A DNA stretch of 64,000 bases from an uncultured archaeon (lineage in GTDB: Archaea > Nanohalarchaeota > Nanosalinia > Nanosalinales > Nanosalinaceae): the NCBI GenBank assembly GCA_964421955.1, contig CAYQYU010000005.1, positions 1 to 64,000 of the forward strand, given 5' to 3'. The notes beneath the pieces are model-generated. The model worked only from the letters and a program-made list of their open reading frames with translations. It was not told where the DNA came from and made no database searches. Numbering within the stretch: the stretch's first letter is position 1; every line of letters begins with the position of its first letter. Below, piece by piece: positions 38,800 to 47,997 of this stretch. The position numbers and the translations under genes are program-made.

Positions 38800-39507
38800 A
38801 TGCCAGAGAAACATTCTGTCGAGGTATCGGGAGAAAGGGTCGCCGCAGTCCACCACGAAGCTGAATCAGAAAAATTCATTTTCTTCTGCCACGGCTTCGG
38901 TTCCGACAAGGAGGGAAGCTACCAGAAGCGGTGCAGGAGAGTTTCTGAAGAGGGCTGGAACGCGGTGCGTTTCGACTTCCGCGGTAATGGAAACTCCTCG
39001 GGAGATTTTATCGAGCAGACCCTGAGTTCGAAGATAGAAGATCTGAAGGCTGTAGTTGACCACTTCCAGCCCCGGAGATACGTTTTCTTCGGCAGTAGCT
39101 TCGGGGGAAAGGTAGCGTTCCATGCCTCGCTCGACATGGAGCCAGAGGCAGTTATAGGCAGGGCGCCGGTCACCTACAACGAGATAATGGAAAAATTCCG
39201 GGCCGCCGTCGAGAAGAAGGGAGAGTTCACCCACCATCCCGGCGCCACCGTCGATCACCGTTTCTTTGACGACTTCGACAGGTACAACTTCTGCGATGTC
39301 GCGGACAAACTTGATGTGCCAGTCGCGATCTTCCACGGCGCGGACGACACCACTGTCCATCCAGAACACAGCTTCACGGCAGCGGAAGAGCTCCAAACGG
39401 ACATAATGCTCCAGAAGCTGAAGGGAGAGAAACACTCCTTTTCAGAAGAGGCCGAGAAGAGAATGAGAGAACAGATGCTGGACTGGCTGGATAAACTACC
39501 CCTCTAG
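38800..39507 (+). CDS. Alpha/beta hydrolase
   Basis: CHGFGS, FDFRGNG, GSSFGG nucleophile elbow, HGADD, EKHSF. Confidence 0.88.
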   Translation: MPEKHSVEVSGERVAAVHHEAESEKFIFFCHGFGSDKEGSYQKRCRRVSEEGWNAVRFDFRGNGNSSGDFIEQTLSSKIEDLKAVVDHFQPRRYVFFGSSFGGKVAFHASLDMEPEAVIGRAPVTYNEIMEKFRAAVEKKGEFTHHPGATVDHRFFDDFDRYNFCDVADKLDVPVAIFHGADDTTVHPEHSFTAAEELQTDIMLQKLKGEKHSFSEEAEKRMREQMLDWLDKLPL

Positions 39508-40644
39508 AGCTTTCGAGTAGATTCCTGTGGTCCAGGCAGCGATCTGTTCCCACCGGAAATTGTCCTCGACACGGTCGCGGGCGTTATCCCCCATCCAGTC
39601 AGCCCAGCTGGGATCGTTGAGGGCCCTGGAAACCTGGTAAGCTATCGAGCCCGAATCCGCCGGATAAGAATGTAGACCGGTGTACTCGTGGATTATGGTG
39701 TCCTTCATACCACCGACATAGCTCCCTACAGTCGCGGTTTCACACGCCGCAGCCTCGAGAGGTACGATTCCGAAAGGCTCGTAAACGGATGGTGCAACAG
39801 TCATTTCCGCCGTATTCATCAGCGAAAGCAGGTCTTCATCCGAAACGTAGCCGGGAAAGTGAACCTTGTCTCCCACCTTTTTCTTCGCGATCCCCTGGTA
39901 GTGCTCGGTCGCTCCCGAGCCGACCATAACGAACTTCGCATCGGGATTAGAGTCAATTATCTCAGGCATCGCCTGGATGAGATGACCCGGCCCCTTCTGA
40001 GGGTACATTCTACCGACGAAGAGAATTATGCGCTCCCAGTCGAGTGCGTAGTTGTCCCGCTGGATACTAGGGCTATGATTGTCGAACTTCTCAATATCCA
40101 CCCCGTTCGGAATATAGTTGACCTTCTCGTCCGGCAGTTCGAAAGTATGCTTTACCTCTTCAGAGATGTCTCTACCAACAGTGATGACCTGTGAGGACTC
40201 GTAGGTTCCGTACCACTCAAGATTGTGCTTCGTCCTCTGGTACTCGGAATCGATGGTTCCCTCCCGTCCCTGCGTGGTCGAGTGGACGGTGAATACCATC
40301 GGCAGGTCCAGGGTCTGTTTTATGCCTGCCGCACCAGTTACTGTCATCCAGTCGTGGGCGTGGACCATGTCAACCGGGTTCTCCTTGTGTATCTCGATCG
40401 CCTTCTTCTCCATCTCGTGGCCGAGCTTCATGCTCCAGGAGATTGTGTCCGGTGCGGAACCTGTAGAAGGAACACGGTGAACTTCAACTCCGTCGCGGTA
40501 CTCCGTCTCCTCCTCGGGACCGTAGGTCAGCACCACGGGTTCGTGTCCCTGACTCGCCAGCGTGGTTGCGAGATCCTCGCAGTGGGCCGCGATACCTCCC
40601 GCCTTGAACGGTGGGTACTCCCAGGTTAGAAAAAGCGGTCTCAT
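39496..40644 (-). CDS. Glycosyltransferase family 4 (glycogen-synthase-like)
   Basis: TWEYPP..GG, HAHDW, PNGVD, QKG, YEPFGIVPLEA. Confidence 0.92.
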   Translation of the reverse strand: MRPLFLTWEYPPFKAGGIAAHCEDLATTLASQGHEPVVLTYGPEEETEYRDGVEVHRVPSTGSAPDTISWSMKLGHEMEKKAIEIHKENPVDMVHAHDWMTVTGAAGIKQTLDLPMVFTVHSTTQGREGTIDSEYQRTKHNLEWYGTYESSQVITVGRDISEEVKHTFELPDEKVNYIPNGVDIEKFDNHSPSIQRDNYALDWERIILFVGRMYPQKGPGHLIQAMPEIIDSNPDAKFVMVGSGATEHYQGIAKKKVGDKVHFPGYVSDEDLLSLMNTAEMTVAPSVYEPFGIVPLEAAACETATVGSYVGGMKDTIIHEYTGLHSYPADSGSIAYQVSRALNDPSWADWMGDNARDRVEDNFRWEQIAAWTTGIYSKALEG

Positions 40645-40646
40645 AT

Positions 40647-41252
40647 CTACTGCACTGCCTCTCTCTTATCTTTAACGAGTTCTCTGTACTGATTTAAAAC
40701 CTCTTCCTCCCAGCCGTCCTCGTAAGGATCGATCACCGCCAGCTTTTCCTCAGGAACCTCTAGATCGAACAGCAGCGACGAGCGGGTATCGTGTTTCGTC
40801 GCAAGCACTCTATCCGCCTCAAAGGTTCCCTGCCATTCAAGCTCGGAAATCACTGCGGCGTGCTCGCCCTTGAATCCTCTCTCGTTCTCGGTCGAGTGAA
40901 TAGTTACCACGAGAGGGATCTCCGCGTACTTGGATAGCGCAACGCCGCCCGGGATCGTGGTCCAGTCGTTCGCGTGCACCACGTCAAATTCCTCTTCATC
41001 GAGCAGTTCACGGGCCTGACGCTTCAGTTCATTGTTGAGAACCATCGACCAGTTATAGATATTGTCGCCCTCGAAATGGACTGTGACACGGTGGACATCG
41101 ACACGATCGTCAACGCTGTAGTATGATCCATCCTCGAATGAAATTATAGCCGCTTCATGGCCGTTTTCCACCATATAACTCGAGATGGACTTGCAGTACT
41201 CCGATATTCCCTCTCCGTCGCGGAAATCTTTTGCCAGGAAAAGTGCCTTCAC
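40647..41252 (-). CDS. Stand-alone GT4 N-terminal domain protein
   Basis: VVHANDW, VTIHSTE.ER, ELEW; ends before the C-terminal Rossmann domain. Start uncertain (GTG at 41252 or 41276). Confidence 0.75.
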   Translation of the reverse strand: MKALFLAKDFRDGEGISEYCKSISSYMVENGHEAAIISFEDGSYYSVDDRVDVHRVTVHFEGDNIYNWSMVLNNELKRQARELLDEEEFDVVHANDWTTIPGGVALSKYAEIPLVVTIHSTENERGFKGEHAAVISELEWQGTFEADRVLATKHDTRSSLLFDLEVPEEKLAVIDPYEDGWEEEVLNQYRELVKDKREAVQ

Positions 41253-41256
41253 GTCA

Positions 41257-42432
41257 TCACCTGAACCGGTGTTCAAAGCCTACCTTTTTGCTTTTTTCGA
41301 CATCAGGCTGTGTAAATGCGTCAACATCGCGGAGCCAGGCAGAGTAGACAGCCAGGTACTGCATGAAAGCCACCATCTTGCCAGCCGCCCTATGCGAGAG
41401 ATCCGTGAGGCTGATTGTAACGTTTGGCATCTCTTCCTCATCGAGAGCGTCCTTTACTCCCTGGTATTCAGCATACAGAGACTCCTGCATCGACATGCCG
41501 TCGAGCATGCCTAGCTGCTTCCCCTTGACTTCGACATCGTAGAGTTCATCCGGTACCTCGAACTCTTCGTGTTCGTGGTTCTCGGTATTGAAAAACACAG
41601 GTATGATGTCTCTCTTTCCTCCAAAAATTCTCTGATTGGTGTGGTGCTGGAACTCTGGCCCCAGGTCGCCAGAAACAGTCTGGCCTTCACCATCTTTACA
41701 AACAGTCTCATGCATCAGCTGGACGAATAGGGGGTAGAATCCAAACATCCTCGTGGAATAGAAGCCGGTGAAAATATTCTCATAACCTTTCTTCTCAGCG
41801 TCGTAAAACGCCGCGGCAAGATTCAGTGCGGGATTGTACTGTTTATCCGGCGAGAGTTTCTCGTACATTTCCTCAGCGCCATCCCTGATCTCACTGATAG
41901 GCATGCCGGCGAACGCCGCAGGAACAAGAGCAGTCTCCGTGGCGCCTGAAAAACGGCCACCAATATCCGGATGTTCAATCCAGTTCAGGTCCTCGCGCTC
42001 GACGATCTGTCTCAAAGCACCATCGTTGTCGGAGGTCACCGCGAAGACAGGATAATCACGCTTCATGAAGTAGAGTGTCGATTCCAGAACGCCAACAGTT
42101 TCGCCCGATTTCGAGATAGGCATCACGAGAGTATTATCGGGATCAAGTTCACGGGAAATCCTGTTCAGGTAGTCAGGATCCATCGTAGTGACAAGCCTGA
42201 CATCTACATCCGTCTCAGGGAAAAAAGCGTACAGATAGGCCCGGAACGAAGTTATCGAGCCCCCGTTCCCTATCACAACAAGGTTATCGAAGTCATGCTC
42301 CTCCTCCAGCGAGGATTTTATCCTCTCCAGATCCGGCTCATAAGTCGCAAAGTCCGGCTCTCTCTTCCTCGGAAGCTCCTGTATCGAACGGTTCTTCTCG
42401 TTGAGATGATCTATCTCTATCTTGAATGACAT
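41257..42432 (-). CDS. pgi: Glucose-6-phosphate isomerase (SIS domain)
   Basis: IGNGGS, ISKSGET, IGGRFS, QLMHET, QPDVEKSK. Confidence 0.85.
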   Translation of the reverse strand: MSFKIEIDHLNEKNRSIQELPRKREPDFATYEPDLERIKSSLEEEHDFDNLVVIGNGGSITSFRAYLYAFFPETDVDVRLVTTMDPDYLNRISRELDPDNTLVMPISKSGETVGVLESTLYFMKRDYPVFAVTSDNDGALRQIVEREDLNWIEHPDIGGRFSGATETALVPAAFAGMPISEIRDGAEEMYEKLSPDKQYNPALNLAAAFYDAEKKGYENIFTGFYSTRMFGFYPLFVQLMHETVCKDGEGQTVSGDLGPEFQHHTNQRIFGGKRDIIPVFFNTENHEHEEFEVPDELYDVEVKGKQLGMLDGMSMQESLYAEYQGVKDALDEEEMPNVTISLTDLSHRAAGKMVAFMQYLAVYSAWLRDVDAFTQPDVEKSKKVGFEHRFR

Positions 42433-42433
42433 T

Positions 42434-44188
42434 TTACCTAGCCTCCAGCGCCATCTCGTGCGCCTCTTTATAGTTTTTGCCGAGTTCGCCCCATGATGTC
42501 AGCTGTGCCAGCCTCCTCGCGTTATGCTTTCTTTCAGTTATCTCGGTTTTCGAGTAAGATACGATATCGTCTATCATATCCGCGAGTTTCGATGCGGCTT
42601 CATCGTCAGGAATATTTCTTCGTTCGAGAACCCGGATACCTTTTCTGTCTTCCTCTGGAGCGGCCTCCATCAGGAACTGGCCGAAGCCAGCCATGTCGGT
42701 CGTGATCGAAAGCGCGCCATTTGCTGCGGTCTCCACAGGAGTGTAGCCCCAGGGCTCATAGTACGAGGGGAATATACCCGCGCTGCAGGCGACTATAGCA
42801 TCTTTGTAGCCCATCGACAGCAGCTTGTCTCCCATCGATAGATATGTCGGGTAGAAAACCACCTTGACCCGGTCATCTTCAGCATTTGTCAGGCCTTTCT
42901 CGTACATATGTTCAAGTATCTCGTCTTTCGGATAGTTGAGGTCATAGGCACAGTTGGAGGGATTACGGCCTCTCCTCTCATGGAAGTCTCTCTGGAGCGA
43001 TTCGAGCCCGGCGGAGGTATCCTCAACCAGTTTTTTCAGCCTGTCCCCGGGATCATCCCCGGAAGTCAGAGAGTTGAGAAGGCTGTGCTGTATCTTCGGC
43101 ATCACGGAGTCAACGTAGTCCTCGAGCTCCTGGTACAGGGACATATTCTCCAGTATCTCCGGCTTCACGCCCCTGACATCCGTGGGGATAAAGAAGAACA
43201 CGAAGAACTCGTCGCCCTCCTTCCCGTTGAGCTCAGCAAGGGCGTCTATGAAAGTGTCTATTCCCTTGTTGTGGAACTCGTACCGGCCCGATATGAACAG
43301 GATGCGGGGATCGCTCTCGAGGTCGACATCGTAGTATGGTTCAAAGTATGCGCGCAGAAACTCCTTCATCTTCTCCTTTTTCTTCGTGTGTTGATAGGAA
43401 AGTTCTTCCAGCGACGGGAATTCGTCAACGTTGAAGCCGTTCGGAAGTATCTTACCGGGCTCCACATCCAGTACAGCCGTGGCCTCATTTCCTGTAGTCT
43501 CACTGACCGTCGTGAAAACATCCGCGTTCTTGGCAGCGGCCTTCTCGGTCTCATGCTTCGCCTTCACGCCGTGTTCTGCCGCGAGTGAGTCGTCAACCTC
43601 GCCCTCCTCGACCGCGCCCTGCAGATCAAAGTCCGCGCTCGAAAGCGTTCTTCCAAGAACCGTGGCGTGAGTGGTGAAAACAGACGGGCTGTCAAAATTG
43701 AGTAGCGCAGGACCTGAGAGCCACTCGTGTAGCTGGACAACCGTGTCGCCTTCAAGCTCTCCCTCAAGCTTCTCGATCACTTTCCCGGCGGCGTAGCTCC
43801 ATTTCACCGGCTCATCAAATTCTGGACCGGCTGCGATAGAATCGACGTTGTACTCCTCGTAGAGCTCGGTCTTGATATCGTCAGCGCTCTTGTCCATCTC
43901 CGAGGGATCAATCAGTATACATGACGGCTGGCAGGATATTCGCCAGACACCGCAGTGCACTTTTATTCCCTCTTCTTCCTCGAGTTCTTTCAGCTTCTCT
44001 GCAGCTGGAGGACATTCTCTCGGCGCGAAGTCCTTCTCCGCATTTTCCTCATTATAGAAACCTATTGTGTAGTAATTACCGTCGTAGTACTCCTCCATCT
44101 TCGCGGCCTTCGATTTCAGCACCTGGTAGATACCTCCAACCTTGTTCGATACCTCGAAAGATACCTCGATGAAGTTGTCCGGAGCCAT
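42434..44188 (-). CDS. Glycogen synthase, GT3 family
   Basis: EVSNKVGGIY, HEW, FTTHATVLGR, GRYEFHNKG, FPSYYEPWGYTP. Confidence 0.92.
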   Translation of the reverse strand: MAPDNFIEVSFEVSNKVGGIYQVLKSKAAKMEEYYDGNYYTIGFYNEENAEKDFAPRECPPAAEKLKELEEEEGIKVHCGVWRISCQPSCILIDPSEMDKSADDIKTELYEEYNVDSIAAGPEFDEPVKWSYAAGKVIEKLEGELEGDTVVQLHEWLSGPALLNFDSPSVFTTHATVLGRTLSSADFDLQGAVEEGEVDDSLAAEHGVKAKHETEKAAAKNADVFTTVSETTGNEATAVLDVEPGKILPNGFNVDEFPSLEELSYQHTKKKEKMKEFLRAYFEPYYDVDLESDPRILFISGRYEFHNKGIDTFIDALAELNGKEGDEFFVFFFIPTDVRGVKPEILENMSLYQELEDYVDSVMPKIQHSLLNSLTSGDDPGDRLKKLVEDTSAGLESLQRDFHERRGRNPSNCAYDLNYPKDEILEHMYEKGLTNAEDDRVKVVFYPTYLSMGDKLLSMGYKDAIVACSAGIFPSYYEPWGYTPVETAANGALSITTDMAGFGQFLMEAAPEEDRKGIRVLERRNIPDDEAASKLADMIDDIVSYSKTEITERKHNARRLAQLTSWGELGKNYKEAHEMALEAR

Positions 44189-44292
44189 AGTGATAGATAC
44201 CGGATGCTTGTATAAAAACCTCGCAGGAAACCTCTTTGCTACCCAGAGGTCAAAAGGAGGGTTTTATAGCAGTAGATGCAGAGAAATTCGGT

Positions 44293-46056
44293 ATGAAGTA
44301 TACCCTGCATGAAAACCTCTCTGACACTTCAGGCGTGATATCCAACCTTCATGGCTTCTTCCACCGCTTCAACGACGGCGGCTTCAAGACCAAGTGGACC
44401 GGGTACTGGGTGCCTCCATACAAGTTCCTAGATTATTACGCGATGAAGGTCAACGGCATCTGGCTCGGCCCCGGAAGACTCGAAGCGACAGAATACGGCG
44501 ATAACTTCGTCTTCCACTACGGTCTCGATAGCCTTGACGTGAAGGAGAAAGTTCTGACGCCGGACGGCTACCCCGGGTTCAGGGTGGAACTCGAGATTTC
44601 AAACACCACAGAGGATCCGAAGGCGGTAAGAGCCGTCCTGGAGCCAGGGATCGACATAAGACCGAAACACGAGGACCTTGGCCCCGAGAACTACGATATG
44701 GACTACGGCCCGAAACGTTTGACGGTTTCCAGCAACGACAGGAAGCTTATGCTGTCCACCGAGGACGAGTTCGACCTTGAGGGCGACAGCTACGTCAAGA
44801 AGCACGAACCCCGGGAACCACAAAGGTGCTTCGTCCCCGGCAGCCTCATCTTCCGGCACGAGATAGAGCCAGGCGGAACCGAGACCATCGAACTTGATTT
44901 CTCTACCTCGGGGGGAAGCTTCGGATCGATCGAGAGCGTGGAACAGGAGTTTATCAACAGGGAGCTCGGCAGAACCTTTGAATACTCTATAGACAGCATG
45001 GAGAACCTAGTCTACGACAGGAAAGGTAAAGGAATCATCGCGGGCCATCCATGGTTCCAGAGCTACTGGGCCAGAGACACCTTCTGGACCCTTCTCGGCA
45101 TGATAGATGCGGGCTACTTCGAACTCTCGGAAGAGATACTTGAAAACTTCGCGGACCGGGGGCTTTCCACAAGGATTAACCTGGATGTAAATGGAGACGA
45201 TATGCCCCGGGCAGACACTGCGCCACTGTTCATAATTGCCTGTGACAAACTGAGGCGGCACTACAGGCTCAGTGAAAAGCTGGAGGACGCGATGGAAAAT
45301 GCGATGAAAGAACTGGAGCTTGACGGAAAAACTGTGGATCACGATTCCGAGGCCACTTGGATGGATACACTGGAGCGGACTCCAGCGGTCGACATCCAGT
45401 CACTCTGGCTGGAGGCCGCGAAGATAATGCACGACCCCAGGGAGATAGAGCTTGAGGAAGGTCTCGAAGAGTTTTGCGGAAGCGAGTACATGAAGGACTT
45501 CCTTGGAGAAAATGCTCCCTCAACGATCAATCCAGCGGTACCTTTAATGTTCGGACATGTTGACACCGAAAAATATATCGAGAAGATAAACGGGGAGTTC
45601 TCATCCCGCTACGGAGCAAGAACGAGGTCAATGGCCGACCTCGGCTACGAATCCTACGGCTACCATAACGGTAGCGTCTGGGGCCTGACTACTGGCTGGG
45701 CGGCGGCCGCCAACTTCAAGCACGGAAAATCCAGGCAGGGGCTTAATCTCCTTGAGAAGATGACACAGTTCCTTGACCGCAACCACCTGGGAGCGCTACC
45801 CGAGGTTGTTGACGCCGAGAACGGGGATCTTCTTGGATGCGGAGAGCAGGCCTGGAGTGCTGGAATGTTTGTCCATGTCGTCGACAGTTACCTGCTCGGG
45901 ATAGACGTCCAGGAAGACCATGTGGAGATCGATCCAGCGGGCAACATAAGCTGTGAGAGGAAGGGCAAGATAATAAGTGGCGAACAACTGGACCTTGAGG
46001 TCGAGAACGGTGAGGTCGAGGTCCTGAACGATCCCGACCTCGATATCAGGCTATAA
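44293..46056 (+). CDS. Amylo-alpha-1,6-glucosidase (glycogen debranching enzyme)
   Basis: AGHPWFQSYWARD, TWMDT, YHNGSVW, LPEV, QAWS. Confidence 0.9.
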   Translation: MKYTLHENLSDTSGVISNLHGFFHRFNDGGFKTKWTGYWVPPYKFLDYYAMKVNGIWLGPGRLEATEYGDNFVFHYGLDSLDVKEKVLTPDGYPGFRVELEISNTTEDPKAVRAVLEPGIDIRPKHEDLGPENYDMDYGPKRLTVSSNDRKLMLSTEDEFDLEGDSYVKKHEPREPQRCFVPGSLIFRHEIEPGGTETIELDFSTSGGSFGSIESVEQEFINRELGRTFEYSIDSMENLVYDRKGKGIIAGHPWFQSYWARDTFWTLLGMIDAGYFELSEEILENFADRGLSTRINLDVNGDDMPRADTAPLFIIACDKLRRHYRLSEKLEDAMENAMKELELDGKTVDHDSEATWMDTLERTPAVDIQSLWLEAAKIMHDPREIELEEGLEEFCGSEYMKDFLGENAPSTINPAVPLMFGHVDTEKYIEKINGEFSSRYGARTRSMADLGYESYGYHNGSVWGLTTGWAAAANFKHGKSRQGLNLLEKMTQFLDRNHLGALPEVVDAENGDLLGCGEQAWSAGMFVHVVDSYLLGIDVQEDHVEIDPAGNISCERKGKIISGEQLDLEVENGEVEVLNDPDLDIRL

Positions 46057-46068
46057 TATCAGGCTATA
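46043..46068. repeat. Perfect 13-bp tandem duplication
   Basis: ATATCAGGCTATA x2 across the stop codon of the debranching enzyme. Confidence 0.85.
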
Positions 46069-46099
46069 AAATGGACCGATCCAAAACAGATACTGGAAA

Positions 46100-46738
46100 A
46101 TGATCATCGTGAACTTCAAGGCATACCCTGCAGCTTCAGGAAAGAAAGCAAGGAAGCTGGGGAAGGAATGCCTGGAGGCGTCAGAAGAAACCGGGCAAGA
46201 AGTTGTGGCGGTTCCGACCTTTACGGATATTCTCAGGCTCAAAGACCTCGATCTGGAGACTTTCTCGCAGCATGTCGACGCCGTGGAGCCAGGAAGCCAC
46301 ACCGGCCACGTGACTCCCGAGTCGGTCAGCGAAGCAGGGGTTTCAGGAACGCTGATCAACCATTCGGAAAGACGGCTGGAGGAAAAAGAGATACAGGAAG
46401 CGATCGAACGGGCCCGGGAAAAAGGGCTGACAACGGTAGTGTGCGCGAAAGACCCGGAAGAATGCCGGCGCCTGTCCCGGTTTGAACCAGACTATATAGC
46501 GTTCGAGCCGCCGGAGCTTATAGGAGGCGACGTTTCTGTCTCCGAGGCAAAACCTGAACTGATTGAGGAGGCGGTCTCGAAATCCGAGGTTCCCGTTCTC
46601 ACGGGAGCCGGTATACACTCCCAGGATGACGTCGAGAAGAGCATAGAGCTCGGCTGCAAAGGCATTCTCGTGGCTTCGGCGGTTGTGAAGGCGGAAAATC
46701 CCTACGATGAACTCGTGGAGCTCTGTGAGGGACTGTGA
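46100..46738 (+). CDS. tpiA: Triosephosphate isomerase (archaeal type)
   Basis: VNFKAY, GSHTG, INHSE, FEPPELIG, GAGI, LVASAVVKA. Confidence 0.95.
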   Translation: MIIVNFKAYPAASGKKARKLGKECLEASEETGQEVVAVPTFTDILRLKDLDLETFSQHVDAVEPGSHTGHVTPESVSEAGVSGTLINHSERRLEEKEIQEAIERAREKGLTTVVCAKDPEECRRLSRFEPDYIAFEPPELIGGDVSVSEAKPELIEEAVSKSEVPVLTGAGIHSQDDVEKSIELGCKGILVASAVVKAENPYDELVELCEGL

Positions 46739-47997
46739 AAGAGGAGTGGCTGAAACGTTACAGGAACTCGGTCAACCTGGTAGATGACTCCCACGACGTA
46801 TTGGTAGGTTTCAACGCCAATATCGACGTCGTACTGGATGTCGATGGGATGGAAATAGACCTGGATGTAGATCCCGAAGAGCTGGAGAAGGTCTCCGGCC
46901 TGAAAGAACTGAAATCCGCATTAAAATACTACATGGAGAGAGGTGAGAACCGGGAGATAGAGCTTGAAGAACTCGACCATGAGTTCGACACCGGAGAAGA
47001 ATATATCGGAGGGCAGGCAGGCATAATGTCGAACTATCTTTCAGGTACGGGACATGGCGTGATATTTTACACTCCTTTCCTCTCGGAAGAACTCGCCCAG
47101 AATATCAACGAGAAAGTTCTCTACCCCGTTGTCGACGGCGGCTTCGTGCTCAAGAGCGTCAGGGATGCCGCCAATACTGACCGGACCAAGCGCAACCTGA
47201 TATTCGAGTACTCTTCACCAGAACCCGGTAGACTGATATTCTCCCGGAAGCTGAAAGGATTCGGACCCTACTTCAGGAAGGGTGTGGAGGAGAACTTTGA
47301 AGAGATACAGGAAAACATCGACAGGATCATCCTTTCAGGCTTCCACGATGCAGAGGGCAATATTGAAGCAAAGCTGAAGAAGTCCTGCGACCAGATCAGG
47401 CAGTTTGAGAAGCCAGTGCATCTCGAATATGTCCACCGGAACGATGAGCTGTCCTCTATGCTCGCCGAATACGTTATACCGGAAGTCGATAGTATCGGGC
47501 TTGACGAGACAGAACTCAGGAAGCTTTCCAGTGTCCTCGAACTCGACACGGAGATTGATGAGGAACCATCGCTCGGCGATGTCTTCCACGCCGCGAAACA
47601 GATAGTTGACAGGTTTGAACTGGACCGGTGCCATGTCCACACTATAAGGTTCCACGTAACCGTAACCAAAAAGGAATACGGAGTTCCCGGAGAACATGTA
47701 CGGGACGCGATGCTATACGGCGAAACTTCTGCAATACAGAAGTGCGACACGGGAGAGATGCCGGGAGAGGAGGAAATAAAGGACTTCGACATGGAGAACA
47801 AGCACCTGAACGGTCTCGAGGATTTCAGGCATTTCCAGGACTTCTTTGACCTCGACAACTTTGTGAAGAAAGGGGTCGCAGAACTTGAGGATCACAGGAT
47901 CGTCGCAATACCCACGCTCATCCACGAAGAGCCTAAGAGACTCGTGGGAATGGGAGATATTATCTCCTCGGGAGCATTCATCGCCGAGATCAACTAG
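46735..47997 (+). CDS. ADP-dependent glucokinase/phosphofructokinase
   Basis: GFNANID, GGQAGIM, ILSGFH, HLEY, SIGLDETEL, VGMGDIISS. Confidence 0.92.
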   Translation: MKEEWLKRYRNSVNLVDDSHDVLVGFNANIDVVLDVDGMEIDLDVDPEELEKVSGLKELKSALKYYMERGENREIELEELDHEFDTGEEYIGGQAGIMSNYLSGTGHGVIFYTPFLSEELAQNINEKVLYPVVDGGFVLKSVRDAANTDRTKRNLIFEYSSPEPGRLIFSRKLKGFGPYFRKGVEENFEEIQENIDRIILSGFHDAEGNIEAKLKKSCDQIRQFEKPVHLEYVHRNDELSSMLAEYVIPEVDSIGLDETELRKLSSVLELDTEIDEEPSLGDVFHAAKQIVDRFELDRCHVHTIRFHVTVTKKEYGVPGEHVRDAMLYGETSAIQKCDTGEMPGEEEIKDFDMENKHLNGLEDFRHFQDFFDLDNFVKKGVAELEDHRIVAIPTLIHEEPKRLVGMGDIISSGAFIAEIN

